From positions 5,766,001-5,830,000 of the forward strand of contig CM075991.1 in the NCBI GenBank assembly GCA_038087875.1: a stretch of 64,000 bases of DNA. Reading direction: 5' to 3'. Source of the DNA: Malacoraja senta. Lineage: Eukaryota. The notes below the pieces were generated by a model that saw only the letters and a list, made by a program, of their open reading frames with translations, had not been told where the DNA came from and did not search any database. The first letter of the stretch is position 1. Each line of letters starts with the position of its first letter. Made by a program: the position numbers and the translations under genes. This document shows positions 25,853 to 38,063 of this stretch, piece by piece.

Positions 25853-27000
25853 AAGGACTCAAAGTCGCTTTACATGGAGAGTCAAGAACAAAATATAATA
25901 GAACAAAATAGGGCAATAAGACAGAGATGAAAAGGAGAGGGGGACATGGGACTAAGGGTATGCCGAGGTGAAGAGATGGGTCTTGAGGCGGGACTGGAGG
26001 ATGGTGAGGGACTCAGAATTTCGGATCAATTGTGAGAGGGAGTTCCAGAGCCTGGGAACTGCCCTGGAGAAGGCTCTGTCTCCAAAAGTGCAGAGGTTGG
26101 ATTTCGGAATGGAGAGGAGACCTACTGATATGGATCTGAGGGACCGAGAGGGTTGGTAGGGGGAGAGGAAGTCAGTGAGATAAGGGGGGGGGGCAAGTGG
26201 TTGAGGGCTTTGTAAATGAGGACCAGGATTTTGTAGATGATCCGGTGGGAAATGGGAAGGCAGTGAAGTTCTTTGAGAACTGGGGTGATGTGGTGCCATG
26301 ATTTGGTGTGGGTGATGAGTTGCGCGGCTACATTCTAGAACAGTTGGAGTCTGTTGATGTTGCTGGAATTAATGCGAAAGAGAAGAGAGTTACAGTAGTC
26401 CAGTCGGGAGGAGATGAAGGCATGGATGAGTCTTTCAGCAGCGGGGGGTGTGAGAGCGGGTCTGATTTTGGCAATGATGCGGAGGTGAAAAAATGATGTT
26501 TTGATAACATGGCGGATGTGAGGCTCAAGGGAGAGTGTTGAGTCAAAGATCACGCCAAGGTTGCGGGCCTGAGGAGATGGGGAGACAGTGGTGCCGTCAA
26601 ATGTGAGAGTGGTGTTGTGAATTTTGGTAAGTGTTGATTTGGAGCCAATGAGGAGAAATTCTGTTTTGTTACTGTTTAATTTAAGGAAGTTGAGTTGCAT
26701 CCAAGATTTGATGGCTGACAGGCAGGAGTTGATATGGGAGAGAGGGGGTAGTGGGAGGACTTGGTGCTGAGATAGATCTGGGTGTCATCAGCATAGCAAT
26801 GGAAGTCCACATTGAAGTGACGGAGTATATGACCATGGGGGAGGATGTAATGATGAAGAGGAGGGGACCGAGAACGGAGCCTTGGGGAACGCCTTGAGTG
26901 ACAGTGGCTGTGGCAGAGCTGTGGTTATGGAGAGAGATGAAGTGGGATCGGTTGGAAAGGTGAGGAACGGAGCCAGCTGAGAGCAGAACCTTCGTGCCAA
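25853..27000 (-). mobile_element. L2 LINE 3' fragment (its extreme 3' tail lies at about 19426-19463, displaced by the L1)
   Basis: [57 protein letters not shown]. Tail reads tgtaaagcgactttgag..gcgctgtacaaataaaatgtattatta across the insertion. Confidence 0.88.
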
Positions 27001-27250
27001 GGTCTTTAAGTCTGGTAAGCACAGACACACACACAAACTAGATACTCAAACAAAGCAACACTTTTAGGGTTATTTTAGGTTAAAGGTAATAGCCCTCATT
27101 TGCAAAGGCACCATCGGTGGGTCTCTAACATAAATATAGGCTCATTTTAGCTTAAAATGAATACTCATCGAGAAAACATCAGAGCATTCGATTCTTGGTC
27201 AGGATTGACAATTATATCAGAAATCAGACAGGTCTCTTACAGGTCTGTCA

Positions 27251-27620
27251 CCCAGCCTGGCACTGCCCCAGTCCCACTATGGCAGTTAACCCTACACTCC
27301 ACACTATGGCAGTCAATGGGGTTCAGTAAACGGGGTAACACAGAGGATCTGCCCTGACCCTTAAATTAGGCAGGTTCATGAACCCTTAAAACCTGGGACC
27401 TCTGCTGCAGTCTCATTAAATCTCCTATTAAAGCGACAGGAAGATGCCTTGCAGGACTGCCCCCCAGCCTGGAACTGCCGCAGTCCCATCATGGCCGCGA
27501 CCCCACCTCTGCACAATGGCAGTCAGTGAGGTTCTGTAAAGAGAGGAAACCACAAGAACTGCCCTCACCCATTAATTAGGCTGGTTCAGGAGCAGGACCT
27601 CTGCGACAGTGTCATTAAAA
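27251..27620. repeat. Two diverged direct repeats, period about 210 bp
   Basis: cccagcctgg.actgcc.cagtccca...ggacctctgc...tcattaaa at about 27251-27420 and 27462-27620. Confidence 0.6.
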
Positions 27621-27988
27621 AAGTACTCACAATTATATTCATCATATTATTTTTATATTATATTATTATACTTAATTATATATTATTACAGTCATATTTG
27701 TCATATATATATATATATAGGTATAATAATATATAGTTTAAATGGACTGCAACACGGAAATAGGCTGCCCATGGTGTAATATGGGCATTGGCTACTAGAT
27801 GGCGCTTACTTTGCCGATCATATTTTCTATTTAGTTTAATTAATTAATGTGCAACATTTGGCACTGACGAGTTATGGCATCCTTCTCAATTATATTTCAT
27901 CTAAATCTGTGGAAAATTCCATGTAGTTCCGTGAGGTGGGTCACGAAAATCGATTTCTAGACACATTTTTGATGCTCGGCCCACAGCC

Positions 27989-28583
27989 TATATGTGTTTT
28001 TATTCCTTTCCACTTCAACTGTTCTATTAAAAAGATATGGAATAATTCCCACGTGGGTGTTGAGCACCATTCCGCAATTTCCAACCCCGGAAGGTTCAAC
28101 GTCACCAGAATGTGACGGGAATGGGGAACAGAAGTTACCTTTTCTTCCTTCGGGGGCATCACGTACCCGTGACCATCTACCACCTTAACATCCTCATCAT
28201 AGAGGGTTGGGCGTACGGCAGTTGTGGCTCTGGATAAGGGAGTTGACCATCTATTTAACCACACCATGCCACCTTGATCTCCACATACTACAGTAATGGG
28301 GTCTTTGGAATTACTTCGATGTATAATAAACCGCATTTGACTCTCTCTCCTTTGATCCCCAGGGAGCCCCAAACACTACAATTCCAAAAATTCCACGCAT
28401 CATTTTTGCCATTCGCAACGCACCGCTTGCTCTGTCAATAATGTAGCTCAATTTGTGCAAGTGACTGTATTTACATCATTAACAACCGTACTCATTCCAT
28501 CAATTTTCAGTTAGGGTTTCTGATGATTAAATGTTGTGCCGTTGACTCTTAACTCCAGCCTGATGCATGCATTATTTGAATCC
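27989..28583 (-). pseudogene. Env-like glycoprotein, N-terminal part
   Basis: GYVMPPKEEKVTSVPHSRHILVTLNLP...WC..PTWELFHIFL. Its end (gaagtggaaaggaataaaaacacata) is homologous to the start of the 43627 fragment. Confidence 0.55.
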
Positions 28584-28630
28584 CTGTGGAAATAAAAACA
28601 AATCCAGCCCCTTGCCAGTTGTGTTAGTTC
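28584..28630 (-). promoter_or_regulatory. Candidate env splice acceptor
   Basis: Minus strand: actaac (branch-like) ... tttgtttttatttccacAG, immediately after the integrase stop. Confidence 0.45.
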
Positions 28631-28640
28631 AATTCTTCCT

Positions 28641-28975
28641 TTATGGTTTATACTGTTTCTACTGAGTTCAATGTTTCCGTTTAGCAGTCCTTTTCATGTC
28701 CATGAGAAAACATATTTCAACTTCCAATTTTACACCATGTAGCCCACCCACCAGGGCTGGAGACCAGCCCATTCCGGGAGAATTCTAACCATTACCTGAT
28801 TTCCGTTCTTCCACATTTTAGCTTAAATTCTTACTTTTCCTTTTCCTAATATTTGATCCTCTACTGAACAAATAACTCATAATTAAGTTGAAGACATTTA
28901 TTTACTAACTCTTGTATGTACCCAATATTTTTCCATTTCCATTGCAGGCATGTGCTCCTATTGTTTTTACATCTT
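28641..28975 (-). mobile_element. Integrase C-terminus of the env-bearing LTR element
   Basis: Hand translation across frameshifts: YIQELVNK..., GNQVMVRILP..GLQPWWVG (GPY/F-like), KRKH*TQ*KQYKP*. Confidence 0.6.
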
Positions 28976-29650
28976 CAGTAGGTGGATAACTCACTGATAT
29001 ACAGAGAATTGTGAGCTGTTGCATTTTGGGACGTCGAACAAGGGAAGGACATACACAGTAAATGGTAGGACTCCGGATAGTGTTGTAGAACAGAGGGATC
29101 TAGGAGTACGTGCATCGTTCCTTGAAGGTCGAGTCGCAGGTAGATAATGTGGTCAAATAGGCTTTTGGCACTTTGGCCTTCATCAGTCAGAGTATTGAAT
29201 ATAGAAGTTGGGAGTTCATGTTGCAGTTGTATAAGACGTTGGTGCGACCGCATCTAGAATATTATGTTCAGTTCTGGGCACTATGTTATAGGAAAGATAT
29301 TGTCAAGCTTGAAAATGTTCAGAAAAGATTTACGAGGATGTTGCTAGGACTGGAGGGTGTGAGTTATAGGGAGAGGTTGAGTAGTCTATTCCATGCAGAG
29401 GAGGAGGATGAGGGGTGGTCTTGTAGAGGTGTACAAAATCATGAGAGAAATAGATCGGGTAGATGCAGAGAGTCTCTGGCCCAGAATAAAGCTATCGATT
29501 GCCAGAAGACTTAGGTTCAAGGAAATGATTTAATAGGAATCCGAGGGGCAACTTTTTCACACAAAGAGTGGTGAGTGTGTGGAACAAGCTGCCAGAAGAG
29601 GTAGTTGAGGTTGGGACTATCCCATATTTTAAGAAACAGTTAGACAGGTT
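28976..29650 (+). mobile_element. CR1 ORF2 3' fragment
   Basis: LYKTLVRPHLEYYVQFW...VQKRFTRML. Confidence 0.85.
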
Positions 29651-29679
29651 TGGAGGGATAGGGACCAAGCGCAGGTTAG

Positions 29680-30600
29680 TCAAGTCGGCAGAGGAGCGGC
29701 AGGTGAAGGAGTGAGTGAGGGTATTGGCTGAGGAATGTAATTACCAAAAAACGGTAAGTTAGCGAATTGGTCAATTTATCAGCTAATATAAGCAAGGCTT
29801 GCTGTAGGGTAGCGGCCTGTCGGGGAGCGGCTTTCAATAGCGAATAACCTTGTGAGAAAAGTGGGAGTCGTTTGATCGTGAGTCTTGTGAGAAAAGTACG
29901 AGTCTTTGGCTCGAGAGTCTTCATCGAGGAGGCTGAGTCGCAGAGAAGAAATGTCAGGTACGCTGATTCAGTGCGATGCTTGCACGATGTAGGAGGATAG
30001 GGACACTGCTGGTACTTCTGGCTGTTACAAGTGTGGAAATGTTCTGGTTCAGCTCCTGAAGGACCGTGTTGGGGCACTGGAGAGGCAACTGGATGACCTC
30101 AGGATCATCCAGGAAAACGAGAGTTTGCTGGACAGGATATACAGCGAGATCGTTACACCGAAAGTACCAGAAGAGAGAAGGTGGGTGACGACGAGGAAGG
30201 AAAGGAAGCTGGAGAGTATAGGAAACCCCGGGGGATGTACCTCTTGAAAACAGGTTCACCCTCTTGGAAGCTGTCGGGACAAAAGACACTGCCATTCTGA
30301 GTGGGGAACAGGTCTGCGAGTCAAAACGTAGCGCTGAAGCAAAGCCGAAGTGACAGACGTCAGGCAGAGTAGTCGGGGACGATCGCGAGAGGTGCCAAGA
30401 GAGCCAAATTGGAAATATAACAGTGGAATTAAGGAGAAAGATAGGAAAAGTTAAGAAAGTCACCAGAATTAACGGGGCAGGGGCCACACAAAGGGATAGG
30501 AGAGTATGACCACGTGAAATAGGAATCGATGTGACAGGTGAGGTGAGTAATGGATTAAAAGTAATATATATGAATGCGCGAAGTAAAATAAGTATAATGG
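29680..30600 (+). mobile_element. CR1 5' part (5'UTR, Cys-rich ORF1 N-terminus, APE start), internally deleted
   Basis: MSGTLIQCDAC...YKCG, NRFTLLE, YMNARS. Inverted paralog of 1720-3075. Confidence 0.7.
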
Positions 30601-30960
30601 ATGGCGAGGCCGGTTCCAGTCGCCGTCAGCTCCTGAAGAAGCGCCCTCTCAAGATGGCGCGGCCTGGTCCTGTTGCCGTCGTGGCAGTTCCGCGATGATT
30701 GTGCGTTTTTTAAACTATTACTTTTATTTTTAATATCTTTCAGACTAACACATCAGCACTAACACTCTCCGATCGTAAAACACTTTAAAACTTTTAAAGC
30801 ATAACCAATTTTTTTGTAGACACTTTATTCACCGATCCAGCATGGCCGGCAGAGATCATTTGAGCGATCCGCGGCAACAAAGATGGGAGCACGGCTCCGG
30901 GAACAAGTCGGAAAAAAACATTGAGGTAAGCGGGAGGAGATGCGGAACAGGGAAAAAGCT

Positions 30961-33900
30961 TATTGAGTAAATCACACATACTCACAGATCTGGTTTAACA
31001 ATATTTATTAAGACACGTATACAAAACACTTCAGCATGTTACTCCTATCATGCAGAAGTTCTGACTGACAGCGCTGGTCGGGTTGCCATAATATTAATGG
31101 CGTGGTAGTAGGTGTGGCTTTAAATAATAAAGCTACATTAGTTAGTAGGTAAAGTAACAAAACTACATCTTTCTTGTAAGAATATAAAGTGAAACACATC
31201 TACAATAAAGTGATATATATGTAGAAGAACGTTACTAGCAGCTGACTGATTAATAATGTAACCGAAACGCTAATAGCGCATACGTACTATTGATACAAAC
31301 AAAGTCCCCATATCTAAAGGGCGGCCTACAAACCCATCCCGCGCGCATCGGTACAGATCCGCATCTCCTCCCTTCACCGTGCGGCGGGAGCACTGGGGAC
31401 CCGGGGGACAAACACGGCGAGTAAGATGAGCGGAGCACCGAGCGCGGTGGCGAGGGAGCTGTAGTCACAATCAATGGTTGGTCTGCAGCTGCACGTCGTG
31501 ACAGAGGAGAAATTCCGTCAGTAGATGTGTAGATCGGAATCGTCGCATCAGGATACGAGACAGCAGGACGTGGTTCCTTCACAGGAAGGAGATGTTGACG
31601 CCTGTAGATCCCTCCGTCTGCACTCACCGGGCATGAGCGCGGCTCTTTTTCGAAATTGTGAATGGAGTTCAAACGGTCCTAGCCCTTTTTGGTTTGAACG
31701 CGAGCGACTTGGCCACTGGAGAGAGGTTTATGTGGTCAAAAAAATCGTGTTTGGTTATCGCGATTCAATTGATGTTGTTACCGAATGGCTAGTGGTGAAC
31801 GAACCTGTGGCTGCAGTAGTTGTTTGGGCACAGGAAGTTCAGCACGGGTCTGTCGGGACATCAGGCGTTGGGCAGGAGACCCCAGTTTTGGGTCACAGGC
31901 GATGTTTCTCAGGTTTAGCAGGTGAGACATCGGATTTAGCGAAGTGTGAGCGCTCCATCAATTGCTTGGCGCTCCGGACAGCCCGTTCTGCAAGTCCACT
32001 TGATTGTGGGAATTCTGGACTGCTGGTGACATGGCGAAAATCCCATCGTTGAGCAAAGTTTCTAAAACACTGGCTAGTGAAATGACTCCGTTGTCTGACA
32101 AGTGGCGTGCGGGGGCACCGTGCACGGTGAAATGGTCGCCAGCTTTTCGATTACTGCAGCGGATGTTGGACTTTGGAGCAGGTCGATTTCGAACCAGCCC
32201 GAATACGAGTCAACGAGAACCAGATACTGTTTGCCATGCCACTCGAATATGTCAGTAGCAGGCGTGGACCAAGGCAGAGGAGAAACAGGGTGTGAGAGCA
32301 GGGGATGCTTCTGTTCGTGTGGCATCAGGCTGCTGCAGATAGCACAGGCTTAAACTTCCTCACGCATGAATTTGGTAATTCCGGGATAGTAAAAGATGCT
32401 CTGTGCTCGGAGTATGGTTGCTTACAAGCCGGGGTGACCCCCTGTGAACGACATCAAATGATTTATCTCATATGGCAGTTGGGATGACAGCTCAGTGACC
32501 CTTGATTATGACACCGCCCTGCAGCACCAGTTCATCGCGGACCAGGTAGTATGGGCAAATAGGAAGTGGAGCGTGATATGGTTTATCCTGCCAGCCACGC
32601 CGGATGACAGAAGACAATAGCTGTAAAGTTGTATCCGCAGCCAGATGCTCTGCCAGGTCACTTAAACATTCTGTAGGTGCGTACAACACCATCATTACTG
32701 TGAAATGGTAATTTTCAGACAGCTGTTGTTCGCAGGTTGTTCGTGGGGTTGTTGATGTGTCAGCCAGATACATATCCTTGTCCCTTTTGTAGACTAGGGT
32801 GAAATCGAAACTCTGTAGCTGCATCATCATCCGTTGCAGGTGAGCAGGAGCTGCAAGAATGGATTAATTCTGAATAGTGAGAAACCGTTGGTGGTCTGTT
32901 TCGACAACCACGGACTTCCGAAAAATTAAGTCCTTGAATTTTGTGCGGGTAAAAACCACGGCTAGTAATTATTCTTTCGATCTTCAGTCCCAGACAAGGT
33001 ACGGGAGGCGTAAGCAATAGGTCTGCAGTCTCCTTCGACGGAATTCTGTGGGCAAGCACCTCCAAGTCCATATTGGGAAGCATCACACGTGAGTGTCACC
33101 GGTAGGTTTAAGGGTAGGGGCACAGGACAATAGTAATTTAAGCATTTCGAATGCCCTCTGGTGTTGTGGGTACCAAGACCATGTAGCGTCCTTGTGAGTT
33201 AGTTGTCGCAGAGGGGCAGATATTTTGTTGAGGTTGGGAATTAATTTCCCCAAGTAGTTAACCGTTCCCAGGAATCTCTGCAAACTTGTCACGTCAGTGA
33301 GAACTGGTATCTCATTGATGCCAATGGTCTTGGAGAGGTCAGGTCTGTGGCCGTCACTGGTGAATACGTGTCCGACATACAGGACCTCCTTGACCTGGAA
33401 TCTGCTCTTCAGAGTGTTGAGCTTGCGGTGGATGTCTTTTGCACGGTCCAGTACTTTTTTTAATTTGCATCATGTTCAGCCATGTCGCGTCCAGCAACGA
33501 GAATGTCATCAAAAATGATGCCACGAGGATACCCAGTAAATAATTGCTCCATTGTACGCTGGAATACTTCGCTAGCAGAGTTGAAGTCAAAGGGCACCGC
33601 AAGAATTTGTACCGGCCAAACGGGGTGCCGAACGTGGCGAGTTTGGACTAATCGGGGTCCAGCGGGATCTCCCCGAACGAGCTGTTGGCATCCATAAAAG
33701 AAAACGCAGAGGCATTGCCCAGTTGAGCAGCGAATTCCTCCATCGTGCGCATTGGGTAGTGCGGGCGTTTGATCGCTGAGTTCAGGTCTCTGGTGTTGAT
33801 ACAAATTTGGATTTCTTCTTTAATTTTCTCCGTTGCGACCACCATGGTGGAAATCCAGTTGGTTGGGTCAGTAACCGTGGCAATGACACCCAGGGGCACC

Positions 33901-34256
33901 ACCATCTGGTGCTTATTGTGTACTCTGCCACGCATAGCATGTGGCATGCGGTGCGGTGCTCGTACCACAGGTAAGACATTTGCATCATTGACGATGTTGC
34001 CTCTGATGGGTAGCTTCCTAAACTTATCGTCAAAATGTTCCTTGCACTGGGAAGTATCTGCTGGGTGGTGCCCTCGGCAGGAGAGATTTGATGGACAGCA
34101 GGCCCAAAAGTTACCAGTCCAAGGTCCTGGCATGCGTTAATGCCATGCAGAGTTTCCCACAGAGTTGCAACTTTCCCACAGCCTGTGAAGTTGTGACGCT
34201 AGGTGGTATTTCAGCTCAGCTTTTCCAATTGGGTGCACCTCCCCCCCATCCCCCAT
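30961..34256 (-). mobile_element. Ty3/Gypsy element: degenerate protease-RT-RNase H-integrase plus putative 3' LTR (30961-31167)
   Basis: ICINTRDLNSAIKRPHYP, SASEVFQR, IFDDILV, LQRFLGTVNYLGK, LVLVDSYSGWFE. Confidence 0.9.
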
Positions 34257-35610
34257 TGTAAATATTTGCTGTCCCAGCAGCGAGTCATGCGGTACCCCAC
34301 AAGTCACTGCCTGCCATTCTGAATTGGATCCGTTAATCCCTACTCTTTGTTTCCTGTCTGCCAACCAATTTTCTATCCATGTCAGTACCTTACACCAAAT
34401 AACATGTGATCTAATTGTGCCCACTAATCTCCTATGTGGGACCTTATCAAAGGTTTTCTGAAAGTCTACGTACACTACATTCACTGACTCTCCCTTGTCC
34501 ATATTTCTAGTTACATCCTCAAAAATGTCCTGAAGATTAGTCAAGCATGATTTCCCCTTCATAAATCCATGCTGACTCGGACCGATCCTGTTACTCCTAC
34601 CCAAATGTGCCGCTTCTTCATCTTTTATAATTAACTCCAGCATCTTCCCCACCACCAATGTGAGGTTAACTGGTCTTTAATTCCTTGTTTTCTCTCTCCC
34701 TACTTTCTTAAAAGGTGGGATAACATTAGATACCTTCCAATCCACAGGAACTGATCCTGAATCTATTGAACATTGGAAAATGATCACCAATGCATTCACG
34801 ATATCTAGAACATCTTCCTTAAGTGCCCTGGGGTGCAGACCATCAGGCCCAGGGGATCTATCACCCTTCAGTCCCATATACGCAACACAATTTCCTGCCT
34901 ATGTGAATTTCCTTCACTTCCTCAGTCACCCGAGGCCATCTGGCCGCTGGTACACAGTGGATAATTGTTTGTGTCTTCCTTAGTGAAGTCATATCCAAAG
35001 TACAAGTTCAACTCGTCTGCCATTTCCTTGTTCCCCATTATAAATTCACCTGTTTCTGTGTTCAAGGGACCCACTTTTAATATCAAGTCCTACAAGCTCA
35101 ACTTATTAACTATTTTTCCCTCTTCACATACCCAAAGAAGCTTTTGTAATCCCCCTTCATATTCTTGGCTAGCTTACCTTCCTACCGCATCTTTTCTCCC
35201 CGTATTGCCTTTTTAGTTATCTTTTGCTGCTCTTTAAACGTTTCCCAATCCTCTGGCTTCCCGCTCATCTTTACTATGTTATACTTCTTCTCTTTTATTT
35301 TTATACTGTCCTTGAATTCACTTGTCAGCCACGGTCGCCTCTTACCACCCTTTAGAATCTTTCTTCCTGTTTGGAATGAACTGATATTGCACCTTCTGTA
35401 TTATTCCTAGAAATACCCTCCATTGTTGTTCCACTGTCATCCCTGCTAGGGTCTCTTTCAAATAAACTTTGGCCAGCTCCTCCCTCATGCCGCCATAGTC
35501 CCCTTTCCTCAACTGTAATAATGACTCTTCCGATGTTCCCTTCTCCCTCTCAAATTGCAGATGAAAACGTATCATATTATGGTCACTACCTCCAAATGGC
35601 TCTTTTAGCT
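34257..35610 (-). mobile_element. CR1 ORF2 internal fragment
   Basis: [43 protein letters not shown]. Confidence 0.9.
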
Positions 35611-35614
35611 TGAG

Positions 35615-36455
35615 CCAAGAAGTACTTACAAGAGCAACCGCAGTTCTGGAAAAAGGTCTTGTGGACATATTAGGCGAAGATTGGCATATCAGAGTGATAG
35701 CAAGAGCAAAGTATTGAGGAGAGAAGGAACTGCCCAAGATCCAAAGCATACCACCTCATCTGTGAAACGTGGTGGGGGGTGTGATGACCTGGGCATGTAT
35801 GGCTCCTGGCTCTCTTATCTGCATTGATGATACAGCTGCCAATGGTAGTTGTATAGTGAATTCTGAATGGTATAGACACATCCGATCTGTTCAAGTTCGA
35901 ACAAATGCCTCAAAGAATTGCAGATGCTGGAAAATCGAAGCTAGACAAAAATGCTGGAGAAACTCTCCGGGTGAGGCAACATCTATGTTCGGAGGGAGGA
36001 GGAGAACTTTTTCAAGTTGCTGCCTCACCCGCTAAGTTTCTCCAGCATTTTTGTCTACCCTCAAAACTCATTGGCCGGAGGTTCATTCTGCAGCAACACA
36101 ATGATCCTGAACATGCCGCTGAAGCAAGAAATGAGTTTTACAAAGGAAAAAACGGCCAATTCTTGAGTAGTCAAGTCAATCACCCAATCTGAAACCAACT
36201 GAGCATGCCTTCACAGATTTCAAACAGTCATTACATGCAAAGGATATGCAACATAATACAAAACATTACTACTTTCATTTACATGACATTGCTGTGTCCC
36301 AAATATTACAGTGCCCTGCAATAGGGGGACTATGTATAATCATTGCTGTAATCTCTACATGGTGAAACCAAATTGTATAAAAATGTCCTTTATTAAAATT
36401 ATGGAGTACAGAGGCAAATAAATAAATGATGTCCCAAACATTATGGAGGGCACTG
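35615..36455 (+). mobile_element. Tc1/mariner DNA transposon, 3' part
   Basis: DPKHTTSSVK.GGG.VMTWACMA and FILQQHNDPEH (Tc1 DDE region). Right terminus ...gtcccaaacattatggagggcactg, whose reverse complement starts CAGTG. Confidence 0.8.
35915..36058. mobile_element. Miniature inverted Penelope-end insertion in the Tc1
   Basis: Same terminal sequence as 10681-10750. Imperfect inverted arms at about 35942-35984 and 36015-36057. TSD cctcaaa at 35908-35914 and 36059-36065. Confidence 0.7.
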
Positions 36456-36997
36456 TTCCAGACCCGAACTTAAATCTGAATCAATATGAAACCACATCTC
36501 CTCAATTAAGAGTGCTCATATTGAAGGCTGATGTGCCACGCGCAATCTTCACCACTGTGTCTCCTTGCATTGCAACTTTAAGGGAATTATGTACATATAT
36601 TAATTGTTCTCGCTGCACTTTCTTTTACAACACTCTGTGTGTCCCTATCATTCACAATGCAGGTCTTGCCATTGGTTATCTTGTAAAATAGCGACGCGAC
36701 TCATTTGCAGGAGTTAAATTCCATCTGCCTTTCCTTGGCCTACTTCCCAGGTCTTTCGGTTCATTTTCTAATTTCAGATAATTCGTCTTACGATATGAAC
36801 CGATTGTTTCACACACGTGATCACAATTTTACAACAGTAAATGATCACAACTTTGTTCCTTGCCACATACTGTGTCGAAATTGGATACCTTAAACCACAT
36901 AAGGTAAGCAGCAATGCTCTTCAAAATTATCTTTATCGTGTTCCTTAATCCCTCACCATATGTTTTCCTTGACACGCTGCCTCACATTCCGTATCAT

Positions 36998-37232
36998 TAG
37001 AAACATAGAAACATAGAAACATAGAAAATAGGTGCAGGAGTAGGCCATTCGGCCCTTACCGCCATTCAATATAATCATGGCTGATCATCCAACTCAGTAT
37101 CCTGTACCTGCCTTCTCTCCATACCCCCTGATCCCTCTAGCCACAAGGGCCACATCTAACTCCCTCATAAATATAGCCAATGAACTGGCCTCAACTACCT
37201 TCTGTGGCAGAGAATTCCAGAGATTCACCACA
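36998..37232 (-). mobile_element. CR1 3' tail
   Basis: (agaaacat)n tail and the reverse complement of about 9000-9232. Confidence 0.88.
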
Positions 37233-37259
37233 CTACGCTTTCCAACGACATCTTCCCCA

Positions 37260-37705
37260 TAAAAAGGTGCCCAGAACTAAACACGGTCTAAATGCGGTGT
37301 TATCAATGTCCTGCATAACTGCAACATGACCTCTCAACTTCTATGTACCTGCATTCCCAGATCCCTCTGCTCTATAACACTCTGCTGAGCCCTGAGTAGG
37401 TCATGGCCATGTAAGACTTTCCAAAATATACCAACTCACATTTCTGTGTATTAATTTCCATCCACCATTCCTAATCGATTATGATCCCGCTGCAATGTTT
37501 GACATCCATCTTCGCTATCTGCAATCCAACCTACTTTTGTATCTGCAAACTTTCTAATCTTGCCATGTACATTCTCATACTGTAATTTATATACTTGTGA
37601 AACAGTAATGGGCCAAGCATCGAACTCTGAGGCACACCACAGGCCTCCAGTCCGAGAAACAACCTTCCACCATTACCCTCAGCTTCCTTCCATGAAGCCA
37701 ATATT
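37260..37705 (-). mobile_element. Old CR1 RT/3' fragment, partly paralogous to 9962-10150
   Basis: Direct similarity: tgcaatccaa...tttctaatcttgccatgtacattctcatac. Confidence 0.65.
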
Positions 37706-37981
37706 CTATTTGAAATTCATTGTTCAGGTTAGAAATAATATTGTTCGCAGGAATAATTACATTTAAGAAACTCTAACCTCGTGTCATAGAAATAGAGTTT
37801 GCAACATTCCCTTTTATAAAATGTGACAAAATACATTAAAATTAACAGTTCGTGTAATCCCTTGAGGACAGAAATTGCTTGCGCAATGAGAAAAAAACAT
37901 TTACGGTTGATGTTTGTTCAGTGGGCTGTGGCTGATGTGCCAGAGGTCACGCTAATTGTCTCAGAGGAATGTCCTCTTTTG

Positions 37982-37988
37982 TATAAAT
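37982..37988 (+). promoter_or_regulatory. Candidate TATA box of the GPCR gene
   Basis: TATAAAT 76-82 nt upstream of the ATG, kept in all three copies (11626, 57863). Motif evidence only. Confidence 0.35.
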
Positions 37989-38063
37989 GTATGCTAAATC
38001 AATCACCAGTACAGATGGACAGTTGGAAAGTTATGTGTGATTGTTCGCTGCTTCACATAGAAA

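Noticed and set aside
30961..34256. Gypsy pol as the parent of the env fragments
   Set aside because: This Gypsy has its own integrase end and putative LTR with no env between them. The env follows a different integrase tail at 28641-28975.
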